Shown here: positions 53,836 to 62,628 of the stretch, one piece after another
How positions within the stretch are numbered: the first letter of the stretch is position 1
Layout: every line of letters begins with the position of its first letter
Assembly: GCA_034002465.1 (NCBI GenBank)
Contig: JAVFAO010000002.1
Span: forward strand, 30-64,029
Source of the DNA: Myxococcota bacterium
GTDB taxonomy: Bacteria > Myxococcota_A > Bradymonadia > UBA4248 > JAVFAO01
Length of the DNA stretch: 64,000 nucleotides
Direction of reading: 5' to 3'
Translations under genes and position numbers: made by a program
The notes under the pieces: generated by a model
The model's database searches: none
What the model was told of the DNA's origin: nothing
What the model saw: only the letters and a program-made list of their open reading frames with translations

Positions 53836-54807
53836 ATGTTGCGCTCCCTTTACCTGATGCCGACACACCAATGTAACGGTGCCTGTAGCTACTGCTATCT
53901 GCCTGAACGAGAGGCCGACGCAGACGCCGCGCTCTTCGTCCGCGCCGTTTCGCTCTTCATCGCTCAGATGCAAGCCGCCGGCGTAGACGGTACGTCGCTG
54001 CAGCTCCGCTTCTCTGGCGGCGAGCCTTGTCTGCGCCCAGAACTGCTCGTGGAGCTGAGCACCCGTTTCCTTAGCGCACTGCCAGGCAGCGTCGTGCGCA
54101 TCAACTCGAACGGCACGCTCGTCGACGAAGCGCTCACGTCGCGGCTGCGCCCCTTCGCCCAGCGTGTGGCCTTCATCGTCTCGCTGGATGGCCCACCTGC
54201 CATCCACAACGCCCGCAGACGTCTCAAGAACGGCAACGACGCCCACGCCGCCGCTGTCCGCGGCATCGAGACGCTGCAACGCGACGGCATCCCTGTTTAC
54301 CTGAACGCCGTTCTGGACCGCTTCTCACTCGACGGGCTTGGCGAGCTGATGGACTTCATCGCCGACCGCTTCGGGATGCGCGACCTTGGTGTCTCGCTGC
54401 TGGATGCTCCGCAACACCCACTCTCAGCCGCTGACAAACTCGACCTGCTACGTCAGGCCTATGCTCTCGCCGCAGCGCGCGGGGTGCGCTTGGGCGGCCA
54501 CCACCGACTGCTGCTCGGAGAGCTCATCCCCGAGCTCTACTGCCGCGCAGGGCGTCAGACCATCGTCATCGGTGCCACTGGCGAAATGGCCGCCTGCCAA
54601 CGCTTTGTGGGCAAAGGCTACGGCCCCGTCAGACGCTTCGACGATGACGTCGACTTCCACACCGTCAAAGCACACACCTGCAGCTCGCGCTGCTATGCTG
54701 GCGACGTCCCCCAGCTCGCCCAGGGTCTCTACGAGCTGTACCAACAACACTACCCCGAATACTGCATGGTGAACGCGCTCGATCGCGTTCTTTTCGGCGT
54801 CATCTGA
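53836..54807 (+). CDS. radical SAM protein with SPASM/twitch-like Cys-containing C-terminal region
   Basis: Starts 4 nt after the upstream stop. MLRSLYLMPTHQCNGACSYCYLPE (CxxxCxxC), FSGGEPCL. C-terminal Cys cluster (YCRAG...AACQRF...CSSRCY). Confidence 0.75.
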   Translation: MLRSLYLMPTHQCNGACSYCYLPEREADADAALFVRAVSLFIAQMQAAGVDGTSLQLRFSGGEPCLRPELLVELSTRFLSALPGSVVRINSNGTLVDEALTSRLRPFAQRVAFIVSLDGPPAIHNARRRLKNGNDAHAAAVRGIETLQRDGIPVYLNAVLDRFSLDGLGELMDFIADRFGMRDLGVSLLDAPQHPLSAADKLDLLRQAYALAAARGVRLGGHHRLLLGELIPELYCRAGRQTIVIGATGEMAACQRFVGKGYGPVRRFDDDVDFHTVKAHTCSSRCYAGDVPQLAQGLYELYQQHYPEYCMVNALDRVLFGVI

Positions 54808-54827
54808 GGCGCTGACGAGGTGTTCCA

Positions 54828-56351
54828 ATGAAAGTGAGCGAAGGGCACGCATCCTCTCGACATTCCGGAGGAATTGTCGCTGGCGCGAGGTCGGTGCCCG
54901 AGAGCGAGCGAATGCAATCGAAAGGCGAGCTCTCGGGGCAGCGCGTGCTGGTGATGGGCCTGGGTATCAAAGACGGCGGAGTGGGCGCGACGCTCTTTGC
55001 AGCAAACCGGGGGGCCTCGGTCACCGTGACAGACCTGCGTGGCCCCGAGGCGCTCGCAGACTCCCTCGCCGAGCTGGCACCGCTCGAGCTCCAACTGCGT
55101 CTCGGTGGCCACGACGAGGAGGACTTCCGAAACGCAGACCTGGTCATCCGCAACGAGACCATCCGCCGCGACAACCACTTCCTCCGCATCGCCGCCGCGC
55201 ACGGCGCTCGCATCGAGAGCCCAATCAGCCTGTTCATGGCCGAATACGACAGGCCTTTCCTCGGCGTCACAGGAACCAAGGGCAAGAGCTTCACGACGCA
55301 GCTCCTTCAACACCTCATCGCCGCCTCGGGTGAACGGGCCGTGGCCGCTGGAAACAACTGCGTCTCGCCGCTGCGCTGGCTCGACGCGTCCTCGACGACC
55401 CTGGTGCTCGAGCTGTCGGCCCAACAACTGGCTGAAGCCGCAGCGCACCGCCGCTCACCCCATATCGCCTGCTGGCTCAACTTCTTCGAGGACCACCTCG
55501 ACAGCTATGCGTCCATGGCCGCCTACCATGCCGACAAAGCCGTGATTGCCCGCTTCCAGAGCACCTCGGACGTGCTCGTGCTGCCTTTCGGCAAGCCGAC
55601 CTTCGCGCAGCTCGATTCGCCAGCCCAACGCAGATACTTCGCGCTCTCCGAGCCGCCTGGCGTCGATGGCGTGTTTCTCGCCGACGGCGCCATCACCCTC
55701 GTCGTCGATGGACGCCGCACTGCAGTACTTCCGCTTCGCGAGCTTCCTCCCACGCTACGCGTACCACACCACCTCGAGCTCGCCCTTGCCGCTGTCGCCT
55801 GCGCCCACGCGCACGGCGTCAGCCCAACCGCAATTGCCACTGGGCTGAAGAGCTTCCCAGGCCTGCCGCATCGCTTCGAACACGTCGCCAGCTCCCGCGG
55901 AATCAGCTTCATCAACGATTCGGCGGCGAGCACCCCCGAGTCGGTGGAGCTCGCCCTACGGGCCATTGCCGCCGATGAAGGTCACGCGCTGTCATTCGCG
56001 GGCCCCATCGCCCTGATTGTCGGTGGTGGTGGCGACAAGAAGCTCTGCTACACGCAGCTCGCGCAGAGCATCTGCGAGCGCGTGGCACAGCTCATCCTGT
56101 TCGAGGACGATCCCATCGCCGCCCTTCTGCGCCCATTGCTGGCAGACTTTCGCGGGCCTATCTCGACGGTGCGCTGCATGCGGGAGGCGGTTGCCGAAGG
56201 TCGGCGCGCGCTCGAAACCAGTGGCGGCGGAACGCTACTCCTGTCGCCCGGCTGCTGCGGCTGGCCTCGCTTTCCGGACATGTTCGTGCGTGGTCGCGTC
56301 TTTTGCGAGGCCGTCCGCGAAGGCTTGACCTTGACCCAAGGAACGCCATGA
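54828..56351 (+). CDS. Mur ligase family protein, MurD-like (UDP-MurNAc-L-Ala:D-Glu ligase paralogue or orthologue)
   Basis: GQRVLVMGLGIKDGGVG Rossmann motif, GVTGTKGKSFTT P-loop, NFFEDHLD, PHRFEHV, FINDSAASTPES, LIVGGGGDKK. ATG 54828 follows GAGGTG. The alternative ATG 54912 (MQSKGELSGQRV) lies inside a dispersed 19-nt motif. Confidence 0.8.
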   Translation: MKVSEGHASSRHSGGIVAGARSVPESERMQSKGELSGQRVLVMGLGIKDGGVGATLFAANRGASVTVTDLRGPEALADSLAELAPLELQLRLGGHDEEDFRNADLVIRNETIRRDNHFLRIAAAHGARIESPISLFMAEYDRPFLGVTGTKGKSFTTQLLQHLIAASGERAVAAGNNCVSPLRWLDASSTTLVLELSAQQLAEAAAHRRSPHIACWLNFFEDHLDSYASMAAYHADKAVIARFQSTSDVLVLPFGKPTFAQLDSPAQRRYFALSEPPGVDGVFLADGAITLVVDGRRTAVLPLRELPPTLRVPHHLELALAAVACAHAHGVSPTAIATGLKSFPGLPHRFEHVASSRGISFINDSAASTPESVELALRAIAADEGHALSFAGPIALIVGGGGDKKLCYTQLAQSICERVAQLILFEDDPIAALLRPLLADFRGPISTVRCMREAVAEGRRALETSGGGTLLLSPGCCGWPRFPDMFVRGRVFCEAVREGLTLTQGTP

Positions 56352-56950
56352 TCCTCCGCGCACTCGACCTGCTCGGTGCCAGCGCTGGCCTGGCCGTTGG
56401 CTGGCCGCTGCTGCTGGCCTCGTCAGTGATTTCAGCCGTCGGCGTGGGCTTTCCGCCATGGTACGCATCCCGACGCGTTGGCCAGGGCGGCCGGGAGTAC
56501 CTCCACGTCAAAATCAAGACCATGAGACCCGGTCGCTCTGTCGGGCGAGTCTTCTTCGAACAACACCGAATCAACACCGTTGGTCGGATGCTGCGCCGCT
56601 ATCACCTCGACGAGTTGCCCGAGCTGGTGCACATTTTGCGCGGCCAAATGAGCCTGGTCGGACCACGACCGCTGCCGCGAGAGCTGCTCGCAGGCCTCGA
56701 CACCACAGTGCGCGAGTCGGTCCGCCCCGGCTGGACCGGCCCAGCACAGCTCCACCTGTTGCGCCATGGCAAGCTCGACAAGCACACACAGCTCGCGCTC
56801 GACAACGCCTACGTGGCCGAGCGCTGTCTCGCCCTGAACCTGCGCATCCTTGCCCAAACCCTGGCGGCGGCGCTGTACGCCAAGCCTCTCGACCTGCGCC
56901 CCGACGCGACAGCCGCTCGCCGACGCTTCGGTGAGGGCAATCAAAAGTGA
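56348..56950 (+). CDS. small bacterial sugar transferase (PglC/WbaP C-terminal type phosphoglycosyl transferase)
   Basis: ATG 56348 overlaps the upstream stop (ATGA). One N-terminal hydrophobic helix. RRVGQGGREYLHVKIKTMRPG and DELPELVHILRGQMSLVGPRPLP are Bac_transf hallmarks. Confidence 0.8.
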   Translation: MILRALDLLGASAGLAVGWPLLLASSVISAVGVGFPPWYASRRVGQGGREYLHVKIKTMRPGRSVGRVFFEQHRINTVGRMLRRYHLDELPELVHILRGQMSLVGPRPLPRELLAGLDTTVRESVRPGWTGPAQLHLLRHGKLDKHTQLALDNAYVAERCLALNLRILAQTLAAALYAKPLDLRPDATAARRRFGEGNQK

Positions 56951-58413
56951 GAGCAGCGCTGCGAGGGTCTGGCGAACGAATGTCGATCACAACGCTGCAC
57001 AGTTTGCTCGCCCGCCACGAACACCAGGCAGTGGTCCGCCGCCTCAGCCCTGCGCGCAGCGACCGCGAGCTTGAGCTGCTGGCACACGCCCTACGCAAGC
57101 TAGGCGAGGACGACGAAGCAGCACGGCTCATCGAGGCTCGGCTGGCGACGGGGCTGGCGAGTCATCCGCGCTCGCTGCGCTTGTTGGCGCGCATCCGCTG
57201 TGCCCGCAAAGACTACGACGGCGCCTGCGCGCTGTTCCGGCTCGCTTTGCAGGCCCGCCCCGAGCAGAGCTGGTATCGGCTGGCGATGGGCGATGTCTAT
57301 CGCTTCCATGCCGACGAACCCGAGCGCGCGCTCGCCATCTACCGCGCGGCGCTTCCAGCCCCAGCGCAGCTCAGGGGCGACAAGGAGCAGACCGACCGCT
57401 ATCTTCTGCGGCGGATAAGCCACATCCTCGATGAGCTCGACCGCCCCGAGGAGGCCATTGCGGCCTTCGAAGCCTTCCTCCGCCTCGCCCCGGCCAAGTT
57501 CTACGAATCCGACTGGGCCAGGCTGGGCCGCTGCTACGAGCGAATCGGCCAACTCGACCGCGCTCTCGCGCTCTGGCTGCAGGGCACGACCAAGCGGCGC
57601 GGCACCAAATGCCTGCGCGAGCTGGAGCGTGCAGCACCGGAGCTTGCGGCGACGGTGCTGCTGCCAGAGGCGCCGAAGGCACCGCCTGAGGCCCTGCGCA
57701 TCCCCGTGAAGACCCGCCTCTTGACTGAGGAGGACGAAGCCCCGAAGGTCATCGCCGAGGCCGTCGCAGGGGTGGCGCGGGCGGGTGATGTGCTGACCTT
57801 CGCCTCGGCCCCCGCAGCCATCACCGAGGGACGCGCGGTCTCGGCAGAGTGTATCGACGCTGGGCTGCTCGCCCGCTTCCTCAAGCGCTACGTGAAGAAG
57901 CCTGCCTACAACCCCCACCAGTCAGACGCCCCGCTGGCCAGCGCCGTCTCGTTTCAGCTTGCCATCGAGCTCGCTGGCGCGCCGAGGATTGTGGCCGCCG
58001 CCGCCGCCGGGGCAGCCGGCAAGCTGGTGGGCCAGAAGGGCTGGTTCTACACCGTCGCTGGCGACACCATCCGCATGATCGACGGTCTCTGCGGCGCGCT
58101 CGCGCCCTACGACTTCTGCGTCACGCCTGGTCCCTACGACGCCGACTGCCTGGCTGAGCTCATCTGCGAGGCAACGGGGCATCAGGCCGCGATCGTCGAC
58201 GCCCACGACCTGGGTCTCGCCTGGGTGGTCGGCGCCAGCGCAGGTGTCGACCGCGCCCAAGTCGCGAGCTTCATGGTCGACAACCCCGCCGGCAACGAGG
58301 ACAACCAGACGCCGATCATTCTTCTCAGGGATGCGGGCGCTGCGGCGGGTTCGGAGGCAGGCTTGCCTGGAAGCCCTTCGATACGAAAAAGAGAAGGGAT
58401 TCCAAAGGGCTAG
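56947..58413 (+). CDS. TPR-repeat protein fused to an F420-0:gamma-glutamyl ligase (CofE)-like domain
   Basis: GTG 56947 overlaps the upstream stop (GTGA); alternative ATG 56980. The N-terminal ~230 aa are TPR-like. The C-terminal DVLTFASAPAAITEGRAV ... VDNPAGNEDNQTPIILLR resembles the PF01996 family (from memory). The stop codon lies inside REP-A copy 7. Confidence 0.65.
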   Translation: MRAALRGSGERMSITTLHSLLARHEHQAVVRRLSPARSDRELELLAHALRKLGEDDEAARLIEARLATGLASHPRSLRLLARIRCARKDYDGACALFRLALQARPEQSWYRLAMGDVYRFHADEPERALAIYRAALPAPAQLRGDKEQTDRYLLRRISHILDELDRPEEAIAAFEAFLRLAPAKFYESDWARLGRCYERIGQLDRALALWLQGTTKRRGTKCLRELERAAPELAATVLLPEAPKAPPEALRIPVKTRLLTEEDEAPKVIAEAVAGVARAGDVLTFASAPAAITEGRAVSAECIDAGLLARFLKRYVKKPAYNPHQSDAPLASAVSFQLAIELAGAPRIVAAAAAGAAGKLVGQKGWFYTVAGDTIRMIDGLCGALAPYDFCVTPGPYDADCLAELICEATGHQAAIVDAHDLGLAWVVGASAGVDRAQVASFMVDNPAGNEDNQTPIILLRDAGAAAGSEAGLPGSPSIRKREGIPKG

Positions 58414-58444
58414 CCCTTTGGCGGGGTGTGGGGCGGCGCCCCAC
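58396..58444 (+). repeat. REP-A copy 7
   Basis: gggattccaaagggctagccctttggcggggtgtggggcggcgccccac. The TAG in the first loop terminates the upstream ORF. Confidence 0.85.
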
Positions 58445-58627
58445 GAAAACCAGACCAACGAAAGCCCGAGCCGCTCGCAGAGCGCGAGCAATGTCGACGT
58501 GGTCAACAATGATGGGGTGCAATCACCGCCACCGCCAAGGGGCAACTTCCGCGCCTGATGGATGAAAGTCGTTTTCTATGATTACAACCAGTTGCACCCC
58601 AACTTTCATCATCGCTCGATGCGTTGC

Positions 58628-59773
58628 TTAGAGACAGACACCCTCGGCGCAGGTCCCTAGACAACAGTCCTGGTCGCTGCGACAGCCATCGCTGAGCAGG
58701 GTGCAGACGCCATTCTGGCAGCTCGTCCCGGCCATGCAGCCGCAGCTCGAGAGGCAGGCTGCGTCGCGTTGCTTGCCCGCCGCCGCCACAGCTGGGCGCA
58801 ACGAAGCCAAAGGACGGGGCTCGGTGGTGTACGGCTCGAGCATGGGATAGCCCTCGCGTAGCTCGATCTCTGCTGGCTGCGTTTGCAGCTCATCCACCAC
58901 CAGTACCGTCCCCTCGACGACTGCCGACATCACATAGCTGACAAAGCGTCCGCCTGCCCGGACCTGCTCGCCATCATGAAAAACGAAGCGATGCGCCATG
59001 AGCTCGTCCGTCAGCTCCGCCATGCGCTGCTCGGCCAACGGCTCGAGGCGAATCGTCTGCGCAGCATAGTCGAGCCACTGCAGCTCCTCGAGGGAAGCAA
59101 GCCGTGGGCTGAGGAAGGAGAGCGCATCGACTGGCGCCCCAGGTTCAGGTGGCTCCCCGGTCATCTCGAGACGTTCGAGGAAGAGCCGCGGCAGCTCCCC
59201 CCAGAGCGTGAAGGCGGCAATCTCAGCACACTCCGAGGAGAGCTCGACGGAATACGAAGGATGTTGCGCGAAAGGCAGGTCGATGGTCCGGAGCGGCAGC
59301 TCGAGGAGGCTGCCCCCTACTGGCTCGGCTCCGCTGAGCGCGCAGTAATCCGCCAGCGTGATGTTGCCTCGGGGGATGACCGCTGACAACACGCACTGCT
59401 CGAGGTCGAGGATACCATCTCCCTGGCGATCGGCGAGCTCGCACAAACAGCGGGCGAGAGCTTCGCAGCCAAGCATGCTGCGCGGATCAATCTCGCAGTG
59501 GTCCACCTCGCTTCCCTGGGTAAGCAGCGACACCCGACATGCGGACAAGCTCGGCTCGACACTATCAAGCTCTTGAGGGAGGTCCTGGAGCTCGGCGAGG
59601 TCGTCGGAGAGCTCCACATCAAGCTCGTCGAGCTCGAGCTGAGCGTCAGATGCCGCATCGAGCTGGTCGACGAGCTCGCTTGGCGTCTCGCTCGCTCCAG
59701 GGTCCTCGGACACCGACGCGTCGCAGCCCCAGACCGCTACCACTAAGAACATGACCATCCCAAGTTTGCCCAT
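58628..59773 (-). CDS. hypothetical lipoprotein with Cys-rich C-terminal knot
   Basis: ATG 59773 follows GGAGGGG. MGKLGMVMFLVVAVWGC lipobox. Acidic N-terminal region. C-terminus CLSSCGCMAGTSCQNGVCTLLSDGCRSDQDCCLGTCAEGVC. Confidence 0.6.
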   Translation of the reverse strand: MGKLGMVMFLVVAVWGCDASVSEDPGASETPSELVDQLDAASDAQLELDELDVELSDDLAELQDLPQELDSVEPSLSACRVSLLTQGSEVDHCEIDPRSMLGCEALARCLCELADRQGDGILDLEQCVLSAVIPRGNITLADYCALSGAEPVGGSLLELPLRTIDLPFAQHPSYSVELSSECAEIAAFTLWGELPRLFLERLEMTGEPPEPGAPVDALSFLSPRLASLEELQWLDYAAQTIRLEPLAEQRMAELTDELMAHRFVFHDGEQVRAGGRFVSYVMSAVVEGTVLVVDELQTQPAEIELREGYPMLEPYTTEPRPLASLRPAVAAAGKQRDAACLSSCGCMAGTSCQNGVCTLLSDGCRSDQDCCLGTCAEGVCL

Positions 59774-59999
59774 TGCCCCTCCGAAGCGGCGAGCTCGAGC
59801 TGCCACTCTAGCAAGTGAGGGGAACGAAACCAAATGGGAGAACGCAACCCCAGGCGCCGCAAGACAGGCAGCACGCGCAGCCAGGATGGCGAAGCATCGC
59901 TGCGAAGCAAGGCCGAGAAGTGCGCGTCACGGATGGGCCACAACAACACGGGGTGGTGTGCGCGGCAGAAGTCTTGGGAGTACGCGTGCGGCTCGCGAG

Positions 60000-60611
60000 C
60001 TACGGCAGGAAGGGGATGAGCTCGTCCTCTTGTTTCGTAGCGGGCAGCCCGAAGCCCAGCATACGTCGCGCCAAGGTCCGGGACTCCGAAACCCCTGCAT
60101 CGTGCAGCCAAGCGTTCAGCGTCAGAGCGAGGAGAACGGAGAGCGGCTCGGTGCTCTCGTCTCGCCGTAGTTCGGCGAGCTCGTCCTCGCTAAGGAGCGC
60201 AGCGAGCTGGCAGCTCTCGACAAGCAGGCCGAAGGCCTCATCCCGCGACGAGGTCCCGATTGCTTCGAGGGTCGAGCGCGCATCGCCACAGGCCCGCGCC
60301 ACGGTGTCCAGGGAAGAGGCAAGCCCCCTGGCAACCATCATTGCGCGTTTGTCGGGAGCAACCGACGAGAACGCCTCCGCAGCACTTTGGATTCCGTCGG
60401 GCAGCCCCGGACAGGCGTAGGCCACGCCCTGCCAGGTGACGGCCTTCTGCGACTCGACGCTGGTCATCCCTGCTGCTGCGTCGAGGGTGGCTTGAATGTC
60501 TTCGGCTCGACAATCCTCTGCGAAGGCCGAGGTCGAAGCGAAGAGGCAACACAGGCTGGGCGCGATGAGCAGCAGGCCAAGAAGCGCGGCGAAGTGCGGT
60601 TCGTGATTCAT
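60000..60611 (-). CDS. secreted hypothetical helical protein
   Basis: MNHEPHFAALLGLLLIAPSLCCLFASTSAFA signal peptide. 203 aa. No family recognised. Confidence 0.55.
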   Translation of the reverse strand: MNHEPHFAALLGLLLIAPSLCCLFASTSAFAEDCRAEDIQATLDAAAGMTSVESQKAVTWQGVAYACPGLPDGIQSAAEAFSSVAPDKRAMMVARGLASSLDTVARACGDARSTLEAIGTSSRDEAFGLLVESCQLAALLSEDELAELRRDESTEPLSVLLALTLNAWLHDAGVSESRTLARRMLGFGLPATKQEDELIPFLP

Positions 60612-60702
60612 GTTTGCAGTCGCCTTTTCAGGAAGTGGAATGCGAATGCAGGACCGATCCCGTCACGGATAGCTCTCGAGTGTTTGCTTCTCCATGCCAG
60701 CC

Positions 60703-62628
60703 TCAAACATCCAAGGTGGACACGTCCGCCGTATACTGGGTGATCATCCGCTGTCGGGGCTCACTGTCCTTGCCCATCAGCTCGCTGAAGACCACCTCAG
60801 TCTCGACACTCTCTTCATCGGCAATCGCCACGCGCAACAAACGACGGGTCCGCGGATCCAAAGTGGTCTCGAACAAGGTCGCTGGAGGCATCTCGCCTAA
60901 GCCCTTGAATCGGGTGAGCTTGACGTTCTCGCGCGAGCGGCGGTGACGCTTGATGATGCGCTTCTGGTCCGCCTCGTCCAGCGCCCAGTAGGTGTGCTTG
61001 CCAATGTCCACGCGAAACAAAGGCGGCTGCGCCAAATAGACATGCCCCTTCTCGATCAAGGGCCGCAAAAAACGATAAAAGAAGGTCAACAACAAGGTCG
61101 AGATGTGGTGCCCATCGCTGTCGGCATCCATCAACAAGACCACCTTATGATAGCGCAGACGCGATAGGTCGAACTTGTCCCCCATGCCACAACCCAAGGC
61201 CGAGACAATGTCCCCAAGCTCCTTGTTGCTCGCGATCTTCGAAAAAGTCGCCTGCTCAGAGTTCAGTACCTTTCCCCGCAAGGGCAAGATCGCCTGTATT
61301 CTACGATCTCTACCTTGCTTTGCAGAGCCACCTGCGGAGTCGCCCTCGACGATGAAGAGCTCACAGTCGGCGGGCGTATGCGAAGAACAATCAGCGAGCT
61401 TTCCAGGAAGGTTGAGGCGCTGGTGGCTCGACGCAGGCCGACGCGCGCTCTGCTCCGCTGCCCGCGATGCCTGGCGGGCGCGAGCGGCTTGTAAGACGCG
61501 CTGACTGATGGCCTGTCCAATGGTGGGATGCGTATTCAAGAAGCTCTCGAGCTCATTGCGAACTGACGAGGCAACCCATGAGCGCAGCCAGGGGTTGTTC
61601 AAACGCTCCTTGGTCTGTCCTTGAAATTGTGGGTCCGGCATGAACACGCTGATGAGCGCCAACAAACCCTCTCGCATGTCTTCCGGCGTCACCGTCAGGT
61701 TCCGCGGCACCGCGTTGTGGGTCGTCAAATAGGCCTGCAACGAGCGCATGATGCCCTCGCGCAGACCCTGCTCATGGGTGCCGCCGTCCGCGGTTGGGAT
61801 GGCGTTCACAAAACTGCGCACCCGCTCTTTGGTCCCCTCTGTCCAAACGAAAACCACGTCGAGTCGGGTGTTGCTGCTCTCCTCGCGCGTACGCAATACG
61901 AAAGGCTCGGCGTGGATCTTTCCATTGCCTGCTTGGCTCAAGGTCGCATCGAGCATGTCGACAATGCCACCGGCGAAGCAAAACGAGGCCTTGCTCTTCG
62001 ACTGCTCGTCGACGAACTCGATGTTCAGCCCATCGATCAGGTAGGCCTTCGCCTCAAGCCATTCGTGAATACGTCCAGAGTCGAAGCGGATATCTTCGAA
62101 GATCTGCTCGTCGGGGCGAAAGAAGACCTGCGTCCCATGTCCTCGGCGCTCTGCGACACGCGCTACCGAAGCCAAGGGTACGCCTCGCACATAGTTCTGC
62201 TCGAAGACCCCACCCTCTCGGGTCACGGTCACGCACAGGCGCGAAGAGAGCGCGTTGACCACACTCGCCCCCACGCCGTGCAAACCACCGCTGGTGTGAT
62301 AGCTGTTCTGATCGAACTTGGCCCCAGCGTGCAGCTTCGTGAAGACCACCTCCAAGACGCTGCGCTTCTCGGTCGGATGCTCATCGACAGGGATACCGCG
62401 ACCGTCATCTCGCACGGTCACGCTCTGTCCATCTTGATGCAGTGTGACCCAGATACGCTTGGCGAAACCGTTCATCGCCTCGTCGACTGCATTGTCCACC
62501 AGCTCCCAAAGCAAGTGATGAAGCCCATCCTTGCCCGTTCCGCCAATGTACATGCCGGGGCGCAAGCGAACCGGTTCAAGCCCCTCCAAGACCTGAATAT
62601 CTTTGGCAGAATAGCTGGACTCACTCAT
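60703..62628 (-). CDS. parE: type IIA DNA topoisomerase subunit B (ParE-like; a GyrB paralogue is not excluded)
   Basis: ATG 62628 gives MSESSYSAKDIQVLEGLEPVRLRPGMYIGGT. HHLLWELVDNAVDE, GGLHGVG, the Toprim motif LFIVEGDSAGGSAKQGRDR, and PLRGKVLN. The 641-aa length and coupling to an A subunit favour topo IV. Confidence 0.85.
   Translation of the reverse strand: MSESSYSAKDIQVLEGLEPVRLRPGMYIGGTGKDGLHHLLWELVDNAVDEAMNGFAKRIWVTLHQDGQSVTVRDDGRGIPVDEHPTEKRSVLEVVFTKLHAGAKFDQNSYHTSGGLHGVGASVVNALSSRLCVTVTREGGVFEQNYVRGVPLASVARVAERRGHGTQVFFRPDEQIFEDIRFDSGRIHEWLEAKAYLIDGLNIEFVDEQSKSKASFCFAGGIVDMLDATLSQAGNGKIHAEPFVLRTREESSNTRLDVVFVWTEGTKERVRSFVNAIPTADGGTHEQGLREGIMRSLQAYLTTHNAVPRNLTVTPEDMREGLLALISVFMPDPQFQGQTKERLNNPWLRSWVASSVRNELESFLNTHPTIGQAISQRVLQAARARQASRAAEQSARRPASSHQRLNLPGKLADCSSHTPADCELFIVEGDSAGGSAKQGRDRRIQAILPLRGKVLNSEQATFSKIASNKELGDIVSALGCGMGDKFDLSRLRYHKVVLLMDADSDGHHISTLLLTFFYRFLRPLIEKGHVYLAQPPLFRVDIGKHTYWALDEADQKRIIKRHRRSRENVKLTRFKGLGEMPPATLFETTLDPRTRRLLRVAIADEESVETEVVFSELMGKDSEPRQRMITQYTADVSTLDV

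Noticed and set aside
54828-56351. The MurD-like gene could be treated as the housekeeping murD, making the cassette uninteresting.
   Set aside because: This is not rejected outright but is not adopted. The gene lacks every usual dcw neighbour and is translationally coupled to a sugar transferase and preceded by radical-SAM genes. Only a whole-genome check for a second murD can decide.
58491-58559. A small ORF (MSTWSTMMGCNHRHRQGATSAP) after the radical-SAM/SPASM cassette could be a RiPP precursor.
   Set aside because: It has no SD motif. It lies beyond the REP-A element that ends the cassette, and it has no leader/core features or conservation evidence available. A short ORF in this position could easily arise by chance.
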